Assembly (NCBI GenBank): GCA_964188305.1
Contig: OZ076887.1
DNA length: 64,000 bases
Strand: one strand, 5' to 3'
Source: Podarcis bocagei
Lineage: Eukaryota
Both the position numbers and the translations under genes were made by a program. The notes beneath the pieces were generated by a model. It was not told the origin of the DNA. It searched no databases and saw only the letters and a program-made list of their open reading frames with translations. The number at the start of each line of letters is the position of its first letter. The first letter of the stretch is position 1. Below, one piece after another: positions 1 to 14,259 of the stretch.

Positions 1-3000
1 TTAATTGCTTTAAGCAAACTAATATTTAGATAGTGACCTAAGAAGAGCCTGCTGGATCAGACCAATGCCAACCAGGTGCACGTGGGAAGCCTGAAACCAG
101 GACCCAAGCACAACAGTCCCTTTGGTTGTGAAAGTTCTTGGGACCCCAATGTGCTAGGAGTGCTGTCCCTCAGCCCACCACCCAAATAGCTAGCCACCTA
201 TGGATTTCCCTCCCTGCCCATCTCTCATAAGAATTAAGAGTATCACCAACAGTGTAGATAGTGTGTTGGCAGGGGTAGGGGGGCTGACAGTGAAATATCA
301 TGCTGGAACATGGTTAGAAAATAGATATCCTGCTCCAATTTACCCCAGTCTCCCCTGCTTTCCTCTTCCTCTGTTGTTTCTTTGGTGGTGAATTGTAGCT
401 TGTAAATTCCTTGGGGTCAGGAGCTGTCTGTCTGTTCTCTGTAAAAACTCATGCTCACTAATGGCATAACTAATTTTAGGATTTCAACTTCCTTCTCCTC
501 TGCTTGGACATAGCAAGCGCAGCAGCTGAACAGTGAAGAGATACCTGATTGGGAAATGTTTAAATGTGATTAACTTTCTTAGATATGGAAATGGCTCTAT
601 TCATTCGCCTCTACTTTGAGTTATTATGGTCTTGCCATCACGTCCTGTTTCATTAGATTTGTGTAAGAAAGGATACAATTTGCATGCATGAATATATTGG
701 TGGCGATTGTTTTCTCTTTGTACAATTTCACTTCTTTCAGAAATATGCAAAACACTTTTTCCTTCTTCCTCTGCAGGGTGGTGGACGAGACAGTTTGTTT
801 CATTGACAAAGGGGGGGGGGAGGGAGGGAGGGAACCCAACAACCAGGAATCCACTGTACTATGTCAGTTGTAAGAACCCCTTGTACTGTTCCTGTGATTA
901 TACAAGATCTGAAACTGGCTGTGGTTTTCCAGGGCTCTTCTGCTTTTCAAATATATCTAAATGATTTGGGTTTTCAAGGCCAGAGTTGAATACATCAAGA
1001 ATACTTGGATAGTTGCTGGGGGCCCAATAACTATAAGGGCTCACCAGTGATCTCTACCCTGGGTCCCCATTTACATTTTATTCCAGGCTTACACTAGCTG
1101 CCATTTAAATTTCCTGCAATGTCCCTGATGTCATATCACTCTGGACATAATGGGAAGTTGAGATGCCAGCTAGATCCAGCTGCCAGTGGCTACTTGGAGG
1201 CAGGCTACTTGCCTGCTTCCATCCACCATTGCCTCAAGGTAAGCCCATTACAGATCACTTTGCTTGCATCACAAAGTGGTGCCCTCTGCATAGTCTGTAT
1301 GGTGAAGAGGATGGTTGATGCACCTGCTCCCCTATTGCCTAAATCTCTCACGCTCAGGTAAGCTTGTGTTCAGCTTACTAGGTAGATGGTGATGTAGAAT
1401 GCCTGCGCATGCCATTATATCTTTTAGCCGTTAAATAACAGACATAAAACACTGTTGCCGATAACTTCCATTAGCATGTTGGGAAAACAATCTGCAAAAG
1501 TCAAGAGTGCATTTAACAATACACACTCCCCTTTAAAAGAACTCACGGCAATTCTTAACATGCTGGCCCTACTTGTGTTGAATTTTGATTAGTCTAAAGC
1601 CAACACCAACTTTTATTTAAATCAGCTTTGAGTATATGAGCAAAGGAGAACCAAATGCTAACCAAACCAAGACATTGTGAGCAGTCTTGGGAGGGTTAGG
1701 CTTGTTAGGTGGACTATAAATGCTGTGATGAATAAAGGGTTTTCCTAAGTAGCCTTTTTGAGGGCAAGAGAGACTGGTGGAGGGGAGCTGAGAAATTCCA
1801 GAGTATGTGTGGAAGCTTCAGGATGAGTGCAGAAGGCCGTTTGGAAAATACACAATAAGGTGTGAGTGCATTTACTTGGCAGTTCACAGGACTCAGGGGA
1901 ACCGGCTTCCAAGTAAACATGAATAGGTTTGTGCTGTACATATAATGCTGTACATATAATGTTGGGGAATAGGCTTCCCCCATCCACCTCTGAGCAGCCA
2001 CATGTTCAAAGACCTGAGCGTGCGTCTAGCAGTAACCCATCATTCACCTCATAGTTTTTTGCTATGTTCACAGAAACCGATTTTCCGCCATTGTTTTCTG
2101 TACATAATATTCTCAAATGCTGCTTTCCTGTTATCAGAGGCACTTAATGTTGACTGTTATTTTCCCCCTCTGGCTGTTTCTTTTACAGGTAAGATTTAGG
2201 TTGATAAACTCTCCTTCTGACAGGGTCCTCAGCAGACCTTGAGATGCCCTAATAAACACAGCTAGTCTGGTGACATTGCTTGTTTTCTACCTAGCCATTG
2301 TCCTTATAAAAATGGTGCCTTTCCCGGAAGGTCAGACTCTGTGTGACTGTAAAATGCAGCAGGTGCTAGAGTTAGGTAAAGTTCAGAGAATGACTGGCAG
2401 CCACAAGGGGTGGAGATGCAGAGCACGACAGATTTGCAGACCAGCACAGGAAAATGTAATAATGTGTGACCTTTCAAACATTCCATGTGGCAGCTTATGA
2501 CTTCATTAGCACCTGTGTGATTGTCACACTGAAAGGGTTGAAATTTTCTGGATCTAGATTGCAAGCCGTGGTTGTTGGCTTGAGGTTACGAAGGGGGCAA
2601 CACACATTTGCACGATATGTTGCTGCCTGTCACAAATGAGTAAGTAGCTGTGCTTTTGAACATTAAGTTGTTCAATGGGTCCACAGAGCAGCTGGTTTGA
2701 TTTATTAGACTTGTATATTGCCTTTTACTGTTTTTTAAAAAGCCTTGAAATTTTCATATATGTATGTTAAGGGGAATTTTAAAGGAGTGGCTAATGTGCA
2801 TAATAACTGGTCATTGTGCACATGCACCAGGCCTCATGGAGAATGTTCACATATTCCTTCCATGAAGAGGGAAATGTATATGTTTCCAAATCAATATACA
2901 TAATCCCCAACAGACCTTGGGAATGCACATGTCTTGACAACATTTGGTACATTTTCTGAGCAATATAGTGTGGGGTGTGGCAGGCCAGGTAAGGGGCACA

Positions 3001-3129
3001 TGGCACAGGCAGTTAGTGACTGTACCGTGTGCCAGCCCCTCCTCCAACCTGGGGAACTTTGGTTGTCCTATCAGCTAGCCCTTGGGTCTGTGGCTCCTGT
3101 AGCTGAATGGCAGGTCAGCTTTGAGTAAA

Positions 3130-3790
3130 ACCTCCCTCATCCATCTGGTCTGTATCACTGAGACCTGGGTGGGTGAGCACCTGTTCCCACCCGGGTACAT
3201 AGTTCACTGCAATCTTCACTGTTCACTGTTACAACAGATGAATCTCAAGAGACAGGAAAAATGTGTCCCTCTTGATTCTTCTCAACCTCTCAGTGGCTTT
3301 TGATACCATCAAACATGATATCCTTCTGAAGTGGCTGTCCGAGTTGAGGTTGGGTGGCACTGGTCAGTTCCAGAGTGTGATGTTCTTTGACCCTGTGGAG
3401 CCTTCAATGTGGGGTTTCTCAAGGTTCAGTTCTATTCCCCATGATGTTTAACATCTACATGAAACCAATAAGTGGGGTCATCTGGAGTGTCATCAGCAAT
3501 ACAATGGTGACACACAGCTCAACTTCTGCTTTACATGTAGAGGTTTGGCAGTGGATGTGCTGGATCATTGTCTTGCCTTGGTAATAGACTAGATGAGAGC
3601 CAATAAACTGAAGCTCAATCCAGATAAGATTGAAGCACTGTTCATGGGTGGTTCCCTACATTGAATAGGTGGGGTTACGGTCCATCTGAAGGTGTGAGTA
3701 TGTAGTTTGTGGGTACTGCTGGATCTTTTGATGTTGCTTGAGCTTCAGCTGGTGGTCCAGCTGCAGCCCATGATCTGGACAGGGATAGCT
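3130..3790 (+). mobile_element. Degenerate L2/CR1-group LINE ORF2 remnant
   Basis: Endonuclease motif LVCITETW, RT motifs SLLILLNLSVAFDTIKH and GVSQGSVLFPMMFNIYM, and MRANKLKLNPDK; frameshifted. Confidence 0.8.
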
Positions 3791-3795
3791 TAACT

Positions 3796-3931
3796 CAGGC
3801 TTCCTCAGTGTTGGCCCTCCAGATGTTTTTGGCCTCCAACACCCATAATCCCTAGCTAGCAGGACCAGTGGTCAGGGATGATGGGAACTGTAGTCTCAAA
3901 ACATCTGGAGGGCTGAGGTTAAGGAAGCCTG
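3796..3931. mobile_element. Palindromic hAT-type MITE
   Basis: TIRs CAGGCTTCCT...CCCTCCAGATGTTT / AAACATCTGGAGGG...AGGAAGCCTG; TSD GCTTAACT / GCCTAACT. Confidence 0.85.
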
Positions 3932-4720
3932 GCCTAACTTACGTTGCAATGCTCTGTTAACACTTCAACCATTGTTAAGCTAGACTACTTTATTTTGAGG
4001 GAAAACTCCACTGATTTTCCCCAATTGAGTCTCACTTTTTTTAATAAGAATAAAAAATCCCCAGCATTCATGTGTGTGTTTTTATCAACATGCACTATAA
4101 ACTTGATTCACGTATCTTTTATCTTGCACATTCCTTGTTATTACATTAGTGTGCTCATGAACTGGCTTTAAATCCTGTAAGCAGAGTGAATTTGGCAAGC
4201 CTCACAGTTTCCTTTACCTTCCCACTGTGAGGAAAATGGTTGAGGGAAGCAGAATAGTGCTGGGGACAATTGATTTTATTTGGTATGAGCTTATCTACAT
4301 GACATAGTGCTCTTTAAAAAGAGAAGCAGGGGAACTGAACCACGAAGGGAAACATTGTGCTTAATGTGTCTCTGAGCTGGGGTTCATTAAGGCGCTCTGA
4401 GCAGAGGAGAATGTGTTTTCTGCTTCTTCTCTCTCCCCGCCCCAACTTGAGATGCGAGTTATGCCATGATATGAATCGGCAGAGGAAATAATCTCTTTGC
4501 TAGGCTAAATCAATATACGAGAGCTTACAAATAGATTTTTATTTTATTTTCATTGATTTTCTTATTTTTGCAAATGGGCAATTCCATGGGCCTTATTACT
4601 GGGTAGCCCTTTACTACATCTCCTCTATATATTACTGTTCCCCTTGAAGAGCGAAGGGCTGCTTTAAACTCAAGGCTCTGAGGGAGCCAGTTCATTCATT
4701 TGAAGAAGAAAAAAATCAAA

Positions 4721-4934
4721 GTGTTGTATCCAAGCAAATCATTCCATTTGTGCAAGGAATGCTGCTTGCAAAATGCAAGTTTCCCTTCCTCTACCATCCC
4801 ATGCACACCCATGCTTTCTGTTCTGGGCTTTCCCCAACCCTTTGGGACAGATTTGGGCAGGTTTGCGAGAAGCAAGTTCTGTTGTGCAAGCAGAAATCTT
4901 TGAGCTAACAGGATAACTTTGTTTGACACAACCC
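4721..4934. mobile_element. Degenerate MITE (PIF/Harbinger-like termini)
   Basis: Imperfect TIRs GTGTTGTATCCAA / TTTGACACAACCC; loosely palindromic interior. Confidence 0.45.
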
Positions 4935-5429
4935 AAAGGGTTCCATTCAACTAAGGCATACTCAAGAGTAGGCCAAATGAAATGAATGGTCTGATTTCAG
5001 TGACTGATTTAGCTAGATTCAACCCAAATAGCATGGATTTTCCCACTTCAGTCTGCTGGTGTATCAGGGGAGCAGGTTGCAGAACAAGAAGACAAGCAGT
5101 TTTCTTCCCTGACATGGTGTATTTCTAGGGGTAGGGCAATGCTTACATAGACAAAACACAACACCTACACACCTGTAGCCAAAGCAATTGAAATGTACCA
5201 TGGCTGTTGATACTGGGCATGAGATTGGCAGATAATCTAACCCAAAGCCACACAATGAGCTTCATGGATCATTAGAGAATGGCAACTGAGCCATCCCAAT
5301 CCAAGTTGAACAATCGATCCATTAAACTTGCCAGTGGTTAGCAATAGACAAACCATTGAAACAAATAACCCCTGGGAAATCAGGAATGGGATAGAAACCT
5401 CCAGTTCCTTTTCCTCCAACCCTGTTAGG

Positions 5430-5712
5430 GGGGCAATCCACTGCGTGAGGGGTGGGGCAGGGCGATCTGGCATATGCTATGGTGTGCCAATCCACCACAC
5501 ACAGCTACAGCGGTAGGGCAATCTCGCACACACTATGGTGAGCCAATCCACTGTGTGGCAGCGGCATGGCGATCTGCCGCATGGCGCGGTGGCTCTAGCC
5601 GCTGCACAAGGGGGCAGTGGGGCAGGACCCCTGTGGTGTGCCTTTTTATCACCCCCCTCAGAGATGACACCCAGGACAGCCCACCGCCACCGCCCCCCTT
5701 CCTACGCCCCTG
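5430..5712. mobile_element. GC-rich hAT-like non-autonomous element fragment
   Basis: Ends in TTCCTACGCCCCTG (CAGGGGCGTAG-type TIR); internal repeated GGCAATC/CCAATCCAC units; left TIR not found. Confidence 0.4.
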
Positions 5713-8319
5713 CCCCCTCCCATGAGTCTTTAGGGAGCCTGCTGTGAATGTTTAATCTTTTTTGGGAAGAGCAGCCTCTAAAAAAATGAAGGCAAGAATT
5801 GCATAACAAGGAACAAAACGTAAAATGGTGGATCCACATTTCATATAATCAAAAGTACAACTGTCTGTAACCATGGTGGTTCACCAGTGGGATGTATAGA
5901 TTCTACCCAGGTCCCCACAAAGGAATACAACTTGCATATGCTTCCCTGGGCATGTGAATAGTTCACTATACAACCTGGCATGTTAACAAGGCTTGGTTTG
6001 CTTCACTGAATACGTAAGCAGCATTACTGCTTTTATGTTGCCCAATATTCCCCATAGAACTTATAGCAAATTATATCTAGCAGCAGGTAATTACATTTTG
6101 ACTAAACTTTCAGCCCAGAAATTAAGACAACAGTATAATTAACTCCATCTTAAGAATTGCAGCATGGAAATCTAGTTTTGCTGTACAGTTCCTTAATTTG
6201 GGTGTTTGTCTGGGTGGGCTGATGCATTTTTCAGCCCAGGCAAAGGACGGGGGGGGGGGTGAAATGGGACAAGGCAAAGGAGTGCTCAATGCAATGCTAT
6301 GGTAGCTGTGATTTCGCATGTGTGAACTGCAGCACATATTCACCTCAACAGAGATCCATCAACACACTCCTGTACCTCTTGGGTTCTTCTCACTTTCTGA
6401 CTGAAAACAGTTTAGGGAAGCTTGAGCCCTTTGACAATATTGTTACCAGCCATTCCCAATCCCTGCCAAGCCATATGGAATTCCAGGGGTCTTGGTCCTC
6501 AACCAGGGTCTGTGCTCCTTTGGAAAATTGAAAATGCAGTGGATGTGGCCGCAGCTTTAAGGAATATGATTTCATCACATATTTGCACCTGGGTTAGGAT
6601 GGAGGGAGTCCAGATCTTACAGCAAGAGGGGTTTGTTCCCCACAACAGTGCAGTGCTGGAGTCCAAGGCATCTCATGCAGTCTGCCCAAGATGGAGCTCT
6701 CACTTTGTTCTCTCCCTTCCTCTTCTTCCCAGCACCCTCAAACCTATAACAATATAAAGAGCTATCACTAGAATCCAGAAATGAAGGGATATGTATTTTG
6801 CTGCCCCATATAAACTAACAATAAATATTGTCATGATCATGGACTTGCATCCCTTAGTTTTGTGAGTCTGTGAAAGCTTTTTCTTCAGTAGTTGTATGCA
6901 CACAAGGTAGGAGGACGCAGCTGGGCTTGACATCAGTGGTGGTGGTGAACCTTTGGTCCGCCACATGTTGTTGGACTTCAATAGCACCGACATAAGACCA
7001 TAATAGGCCACTGGCCTGCTGCATCATGCCAGTGCCCCTCTAGTCCAGTATCCGGCTCTCATGGTGCTACCCAGATGCCTATGGGAAGCCTGCAAGCCGG
7101 ACATGAGCACCACAGCATTCCGTCCACCTGTGATTCCCAGATAGTCAGAGGCATACAGAGTCTTCCCAGTTGCTGCTGATGCTGTTTCCACTATTATAAC
7201 CATCCAGAGGCCAGCAAGAGGGAAGTGAGCAGTTGGGCAGGCTCCATGAACCATTAACAGGATTCTGGGTATGTTTTAGATTCTCAGTGATGTCATCTGG
7301 AGTTCAATAGAAACTGAGCTGCACTTGGAATAAAATTTCATTGAGGAAAATTCCTCTATTTGCCAAGCACAAAACTGAATCGAGGGGGGGGGATGTGTGT
7401 ATGTGTTTTTTCATGTTCATCCATGTTTAATCAAACTCTTCCCTCACATTAAAGGTGGATGGGGAAGTTTTTTAAAGGCTCCAGTGAAAGCAATGGTTGC
7501 TTGCTTTAATTTGTTGATTTTCCCGCACAGTGTAAATTATTCAGAGCAATGTTCCCCCAATACACTTCTAAGCAAATATCCATTTTGACATTGCATCTAA
7601 CCATCCACATTTGTCAGGCTTCTCGCCATTCTTAACTTAAGGTTTGAAATCTGTAAATCAAACTACCTTTCCTAGTAGGGCAATGTTCCATTCCTTGAGG
7701 CTCACAACAAAGAATTAGGAAAAGGTGAGGATTTGTAAAGTGAAATTGAATGTGTTCTACTTTAATTGACTCCCCCTTTGCCTTAAAACGCAATTATTTG
7801 TTCTCCTAAGTATCTCAGCATGGCGCAGTGGAAAATAGTTTGACATTTCTGTGCTTCTCGGGGCTGTCCCTTAATTGTTTTAATTACTCCTTAATCCCCA
7901 TAATGTCACTAACTGGCATGTGCTCCCCACGGCTCCAGAACTTCACAGGCCTTGAAATCTTGAATCTGGAAGAAGAATAGGGGTTTGGAACATAGAGGTT
8001 TTGTGGCATTTATTTGATGTTCCTAAGTGGATAGGTAGGTGTAAATGAACTTTAGGCAGATTACAGGTACGGATGAATTCTGTTCTTCTAGCTTCAGATT
8101 TATGATTTGAGTGTACAGCAAAAATTAGAAGACACTGGCACACTTGAACCAGAGACTCTGTTCTCTCGCTTTTCTTCTTCCTAGAAAAGTTTGACTCCTG
8201 CAGCCCTGGATATCGGAGAGCATGCTGAAGTGAAAAACAAACACCCCCCCCCCATCCATGCACATGGGAAGATACTTTATACCAAGTCAAGGCTGAAAGT
8301 GGCTCTTCAAGGACTCTGG

Positions 8320-8425
8320 CAAAGGTCTTTCTTCAGTTCTGCTACCCAAGATCCTTTAACTGAAGAGGCCAAGATCGAACTTGGCACTTTCTGCATGCAG
8401 CACATGCGCCGACACTGAAGCATGA
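8320..8425 (-). mobile_element. tRNA-derived squamate SINE fragment (Squam3-like)
   Basis: Reverse complement reads ...GCATGTGCTGCATGCAGAAAGTGCCAAGTTCGATCTTGGCCTCTTCAGTTAAAGGATC with a B-box-like motif. Confidence 0.55.
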
Positions 8426-9021
8426 GTTCTTTCTAACCTCCTTTGGGCTACTTTTTTTTACGGGTGACAATTATCCATTATGGAATTTCTTCTCTCCCCT
8501 CCTTTAAATTCAACATCATTTTATATGTCAGTACTTTATTGGGCGGGTTTCATTTGTTGAGTTTTAAGACCAAGGGGGGAAACCAGAATGATTCTGTCAA
8601 GCACCAAGACTGAGGAGATTGTCAGCCAAAGGCAGAACGCAAAAGTGTGAAATTAATCACATGTAAGTAAAGCATAACAGCATGTGATGGAATGTAACTA
8701 ATTACCACAGTTCAGATGGGCAGAGGCTAGTTCTGTCTCAGTTATTCTGGTTCTTTCTTCTTCTTCAATGCTTGCCCCCCCTCCCTCCCAAAAAAGCTTC
8801 AATGCTTTGAGGTGATTAGAAGCCCATCCGATCCCAGTGCCCTAGTGGGTCACCAGCAAGACAAAGAGAAGAGTCCCACCCCCACCCCCTCACACACCTA
8901 CCATAGGGTCCAGATCAGTTGGTGTGGGAAGAAGCTCTTCAACAAATGACCAAGTTGACTGCACCATTAAAGTTGCTTTTCCTCCCCCCAGATTACCTAA
9001 AAGTGAGGCATTCTTCTTGTA

Positions 9022-9266
9022 CAGTGGCACCTCGGGTTAAGTACTTAATTCGTTCCGGAGGTCCGTTCTTAACCTGAAACTGTTCTTAACCTGAAGCACC
9101 ACTTTAGCTAATGGGGCCTCCTGCTGCTGCCACTGCGTCGCCGGAGCCCGATTTCTGTTCTCATCCTGAGGCAAAATTCTTAACCCGAGGTAATATTTCT
9201 GGGTTAGCGGAGTCTATAACCTGAAGCGTATGTAACCTGAAGCGTATGTAACCCGAGGTACCACTG
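9022..9266. mobile_element. Tc1/mariner (Tigger-like) MITE
   Basis: TIRs CAGTGGCACCTCGGGTTA / TAACCCGAGGTACCACTG; TA TSD on both sides; repeated TAACCTGAAGC subterminal motifs. Confidence 0.88.
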
Positions 9267-10159
9267 TATTTTCATTACTTCAGAGGGTAATAAGGAGGGG
9301 CACTTGATTAATATTGCAGCTTACATATACAAGGCAGAGTGCACAGAAAAGAGAGATCTGCCTCTGCCTGTAATGCAAAGTATATTTTTCATCGAATAAA
9401 AGAAGTCCACATAATCAACCTGCCGCATTCCACTCTGCCTCATCTTGGGAGCCATTAGAGGCACAGAGCAAAAGGGCTGGTGCATTCATGGGGTTTGCAA
9501 AGCAACCATTTGTACAGACTGTTTGCAGGCTCCCTGGAGCTTTTGTTTTCAGTAATTGAATCCTGGCAAGTAACCAAAACCATATAATTCCCAACCCCCA
9601 GAGTCACGCAGTAGATCAGCCAAGGAAGTAGGAGCCGGAGTGTTGCGATTAATAAGATCACCCTTGCCCTTTGCCTCCTTTGTGTGACCTCAGAAGAGTC
9701 ACTCAAACCGTTCCTGGAATTTCTAAAATTAATATAATTGCTTCATTTCCTCACAGGTTGTTGTTGTGGCAAGGACCAATTAGCCATAGTACATTTGAGG
9801 CTATGGCAAACTCCTCTCTGTTTTGATTTTTGATGCTTTAATAAATTGACACTGATACTCTTCCAGGCATGATTAGCAATCCTGCAACTGTATAAAGAGA
9901 TTGTTATTGTAGTGAATTGCCATACATTTCTTAATTGGTGTGTGTGGGGGGGTGGATCTTACAAATATTAGAATGCTATTTTTTCATCATAGGAATAAAT
10001 ATTGGAACTCACAAAACCCAAAGGTAAAAGCTCCCCAATATCCCAACTGTATGTGATCATCAGTAGAACAGGACAGGCTATGACACAGAGGACTGTGTTG
10101 GGGGTAGGTAGGCAAAAATTGGATGAGCCCCCTTGTGTGAGTGGAAGCACTTTCTGCTC

Positions 10160-10408
10160 CTTGGATGCCTTTAAAAGAGGATTGGACAAATTCATGGAGG
10201 AGAAAGCTACCAATGGCTACTAGACATGATAATTATGCTCTGCCTCCATGGCCAAGTGCAGCAATACTTCTGAATGTCAGTTGCTGGAAACCACAGGAAG
10301 GAAGAGTGCTTTGGTGCGCGGGTCCTGCTTGCAGGTTTTCCCACAGGGATCTGGTTGAGCACTGTGAGAAGAGGATGCTGGACTAGATGGTCCATTGGCC
10401 TGATCCAA
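10160..10408 (+). mobile_element. CR1 LINE 3' end
   Basis: ORF2 C-terminus LDAFKRGLDKFMEE followed by the typical 3' UTR ending GGATGCTGGACTAGATGGTCCATTGGCCTGATCCA. Related minus-strand scraps near 40-115, 7030-7170, 33195-33305 and 40885-40985. Confidence 0.8.
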
Positions 10409-11189
10409 TGCACTTGCTAGTGCAAGGCCTCGATTGGATACATCCCTAGATATCCACCTTTCAGTTGCCACTCATTTAGCATGTGTTGTCAGATGTTCGA
10501 GTCCAAAAGCTATAAGGTTGAGTTCAGTAGTGGCCTCTGCAATTACAGACCTCTTCCTAGTGCATTGCTTTACTCAAAGATGGAAGGCACTGGACTTCTG
10601 GACTGGTCATAGCTCAGATATGAAGGATCCTAAAGTGTTTGGTTTTAAAGAATCTGTCCCGTATCTTCTGTAGCCCACCTGTGCTCCCCAAAGCCCAGGG
10701 TATGAGACCTTCTGGAACAGGGGATAATATCTTGCAGAGCAACCCCAGTTCCTGAACCACCATGCTCAAGGATGTTAGAATGCAGAAGAGAATTTATATC
10801 CACCCAGCTGTGCTCAGCTCCACCAGTGGGGGAAGGAGGCCCCACAAGGCCCCACTGCACTCACTGAATACATGGAAGAAGCTACTGCCACCATATCCCA
10901 CACCAGTGGTAGCCATTGTAAACTTCTGAAATGGGGGGTTTGGGGGAGGGGAGGGGAGAGAGGACCAAGGGTCCACAAGTGGATCCTAAGCCAGTCCACC
11001 TACCAGCAACTGGCCAGATCCAGGCCCCCTTGCAACTACCTGGATTTGGCTAGTAAAGCAAAAATCAGAAGTGTCCTTTCCCCTCCTTCTCCCATTGCCT
11101 TGCTGGTGCAAACATCAGGGCTTTGGATGTGATGGTAGCAGAAAATAGAATCTAAATATGTCCCCTACATTCTCCCACCCAGAAATAGT

Positions 11190-11345
11190 GGCCATTGCTC
11201 AGTGGCCGGGTACATAGTCCAAAATTCAATCCCTGGCATCTCAGTCTGCAATAGGAGTGGGAAGACCTCCGGCTGAGAACATTGGAAGACACCATCAAAT
11301 AAAACAGAAGTTAGATGAACAAATGGTTTCGCTCAGCACAGACTG
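11190..11345 (+). mobile_element. tRNA-derived squamate SINE (Squam3-like), degenerate
   Basis: GCTCAGTGG A-box, TTCAATCCCTGGCATCTC B-box region, then GGGAAGACC...CTGAGA...TAGATG body. Confidence 0.55.
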
Positions 11346-13088
11346 TGCAGTTTATGCAAGGTGCAGTCCACTGCACTGCTGCAGTGTCTCTGTGAGAGAG
11401 TTGTGCAAATGGTTTCCTTTCGTCATGCCATTAGCTTCCAGTGTGAACTGGATCCTTTGTATGAGTGTTTGAGCATGCTGAGAGCTGATTTATGAGATTT
11501 CCCCCCTGTAACAATGGAGAAACTAATTTACAATGGAGCCTGAGTGCAAGAGGGAAGAAGCTTGTATCATTCTCCCATTATTCTGTATCAGCACTCTTCT
11601 CAGATAAACTGAGGCATTATCTATTAAACAGAGGATGGAATCCATCTATGCACTATATTGAACCTTACAGTCTGCCCTATGTGCAAGAGTTCTTTGCCAA
11701 CTCAGTGGGCAAGAAATAGCACCATAAAATTACAAGTCTTTTTGTAATGGAATGCCACACCCCAACACAGAAGGAATAGGACATCTGGACCGGTCATAGC
11801 TAAGAGATTCTTAAACCTACACAGATATGCAGGAAAACTACACATACAGTTATTGTTCCTATTTATCTAATCATTCCAATAGTCTAATACTGAGTGGACA
11901 TCCAAGTCAGTTGGCTAAGTGATACTGTACCACGTTTGCTTAACAATAAAATTAATACATGCTTTGAGGGATGTTCACCAAATCACCACAGCCTTCCACA
12001 CCTGCAAATGTTGAGAAAAGCAAGAAGGCTTACCCACTTTTAAGATGCTGGATTTTGCATTTAACTTCAAATTCATCCAGAGACCTATGGATCCAGAGAT
12101 ATTAACACATCACACCTCTTGCTTTTTATTAAGCTGAGTGATATTCTTATTATGTATTCCAGTTATCAAACTGCACTTTGGCTAACATTGGGTTCTGGGG
12201 TTTCATGCCTCTGAGAGCTCCATAAATCATACAAGCCCTTCTGCTGATGAGCTAGTGTTCTTTTCCACCCAATTGTTTTAAAGGGTCTACTTATTGCTAA
12301 TTCTAGTTATTCCATTACATGCAGAATTAGAGACGGAGGGTTCGTGTTTCAAGGGATGCTCAGTGTTGCTTTTTGGCACCCACAGTGATAATTTGCCACT
12401 GGAAAAAGATTACAGAATGGAGTATTATCTATCATTCAGGTTTATGCAGGAACAAATTATCAGAGAATGAGAGATGGATGGGGAAGGAGACTGGGAAATT
12501 TTTAGGGGGCATTTAGAAATACTAACTGGAACACAAATTAAAGCTAAGCCTTGAAGTTCTAACATGACCATTTATCCCTGATCTAATTCGTCTCAACACT
12601 CTCCCTACTCACATAGCTCATATTGAGCTCATGAGGTTTTTTTCTTCTTCCAGTGAGGCTAATTGAAGAGGCAGGTAATTATCCAAAGTGGAACAACCTG
12701 GACATGGTCAGATGAATGCCTATAGAGTTTTAATCCAAGCATTTTCTTGATCAGATCGTTGCCAAGGGTCTGAATTGCCACATGAGAGACATCCTATGGT
12801 TTGTGTCTCCATCCTGCTGTGATAAATGTATTATCTCATGTAACAATTTTATCCAAAGGTATCAAGGGAAGCTGGCAAACTTACCATTTGATTGCACGTG
12901 TTCCAGAACTATGAAAAGTAGAGGCCTCTCATGAATGCTGCAGCAGCAGCAGCAGAGGCTGCCTATTTGCATTCCATATTAATCCCCAGTACTCTCTTTG
13001 GCCAGCATGGCAAGAATTACCTTTATCCTGAGCAGCCCCATCTGAACAAATAAGACTCATCGGAAGAAAAAGGTAGATTAATAATAGC

Positions 13089-13135
<47 letters not shown>
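13089..13135. repeat. (TTTC)n microsatellite
   Basis: About 11 perfect units. Confidence 0.97.
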
Positions 13136-13596
13136 GGAATTAAATACATTTGTGAGCAATGCAAAAGCTTGTTAATAGTCCCCAAAAGCTGCTATATCTA
13201 AGTAAAAGCTTCTTCTGGACAGGACAATTTGCAGCAACAGAGAAGCAGTGAGTGGGGAAAGGGTTGTGGATCCATTTACACGTTTCCCATTGCTGCCTCC
13301 CAATTCTCTGCCCCAAATTGACATGTCTGAAAGGTGCATTTGATTACAAATAGTGGCTGATGGAGATCATTACACATCTTTGCATGGAATATTAAGTGAA
13401 GTTCTCAGATAGGTCCCTCTAGGTTACATCTTGCTACACTGCTATAATGTGTGTGTTTGGCAGAGGTGGACAGATAGATTCAATTTGTTAATGCTTTCCA
13501 TCACTTGCATGCCATTCAATCTAAAATTATTACTAGGGTTGTGCATGTCCCTGTCCCAATCCAATTAAGAGGATGATTAAGTAATTTGGATTGGGC

Positions 13597-13789
13597 CATA
13601 GGCACCAACTCCTAGTGGCCAAGGTCCCTTCATCCCCCCAATAAAATATTTGAGGGACTGCCCCCCCCAAAAAAAAATTGATGGGCATGGCCATTCAAAT
13701 GGTGTGTGCACACCACATCTTGTAATTGATTATGCAGGGTGGGGCTTGAGTCCCCCACCCCCAATATTTTATTCAAGTTGGCACCGCTG
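13597..13789. mobile_element. hAT-like MITE nested in left arm of the CHEK2-carrying element
   Basis: Imperfect TIRs CATAGGCACCAACT / AGTTGGCACCGCTG; 8-bp TSD GATTGGGC / GACTGGGA. Confidence 0.6.
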
Positions 13790-14259
13790 GACTGGGACCT
13801 AATTCAGTTCAGATCGACCCAGATCCAATTCAGACCCTGGATATGAATGACGATATGGAACTCCAAATCTGTTTTTCACATAAGTGCATTAAATTTGGAG
13901 ACATGGTAGCCCCTCAAGACGGAATTAATCCTGCCCAATTGCATACAAGTGGATCCGGGGATTTACATGCTAGCCACTTCTAAATTTTGTTGCTGCTGTT
14001 GTAAATACAAATAAAAACCTTCAGTTTACTGCTATTGTAAGTGCTCCAGTTTGGGCTGTTTCATAAAGTTGTAAAAAAAATGAAATCAATTGAATGGTGC
14101 AGCTGCATCTCCCAGGCAGCTAAGTCAAAGACAGACAGGCATGCCAGACAGGCTAGCATCTCCTAAGTGCAGACTTCGATTGTTGCACCAAAAGATGGGA
14201 AGGCAGAGGAGCAGTAGGGAACCGAGTCTGAGGAAGACAGTGTTGCCAGACAGGCACAG

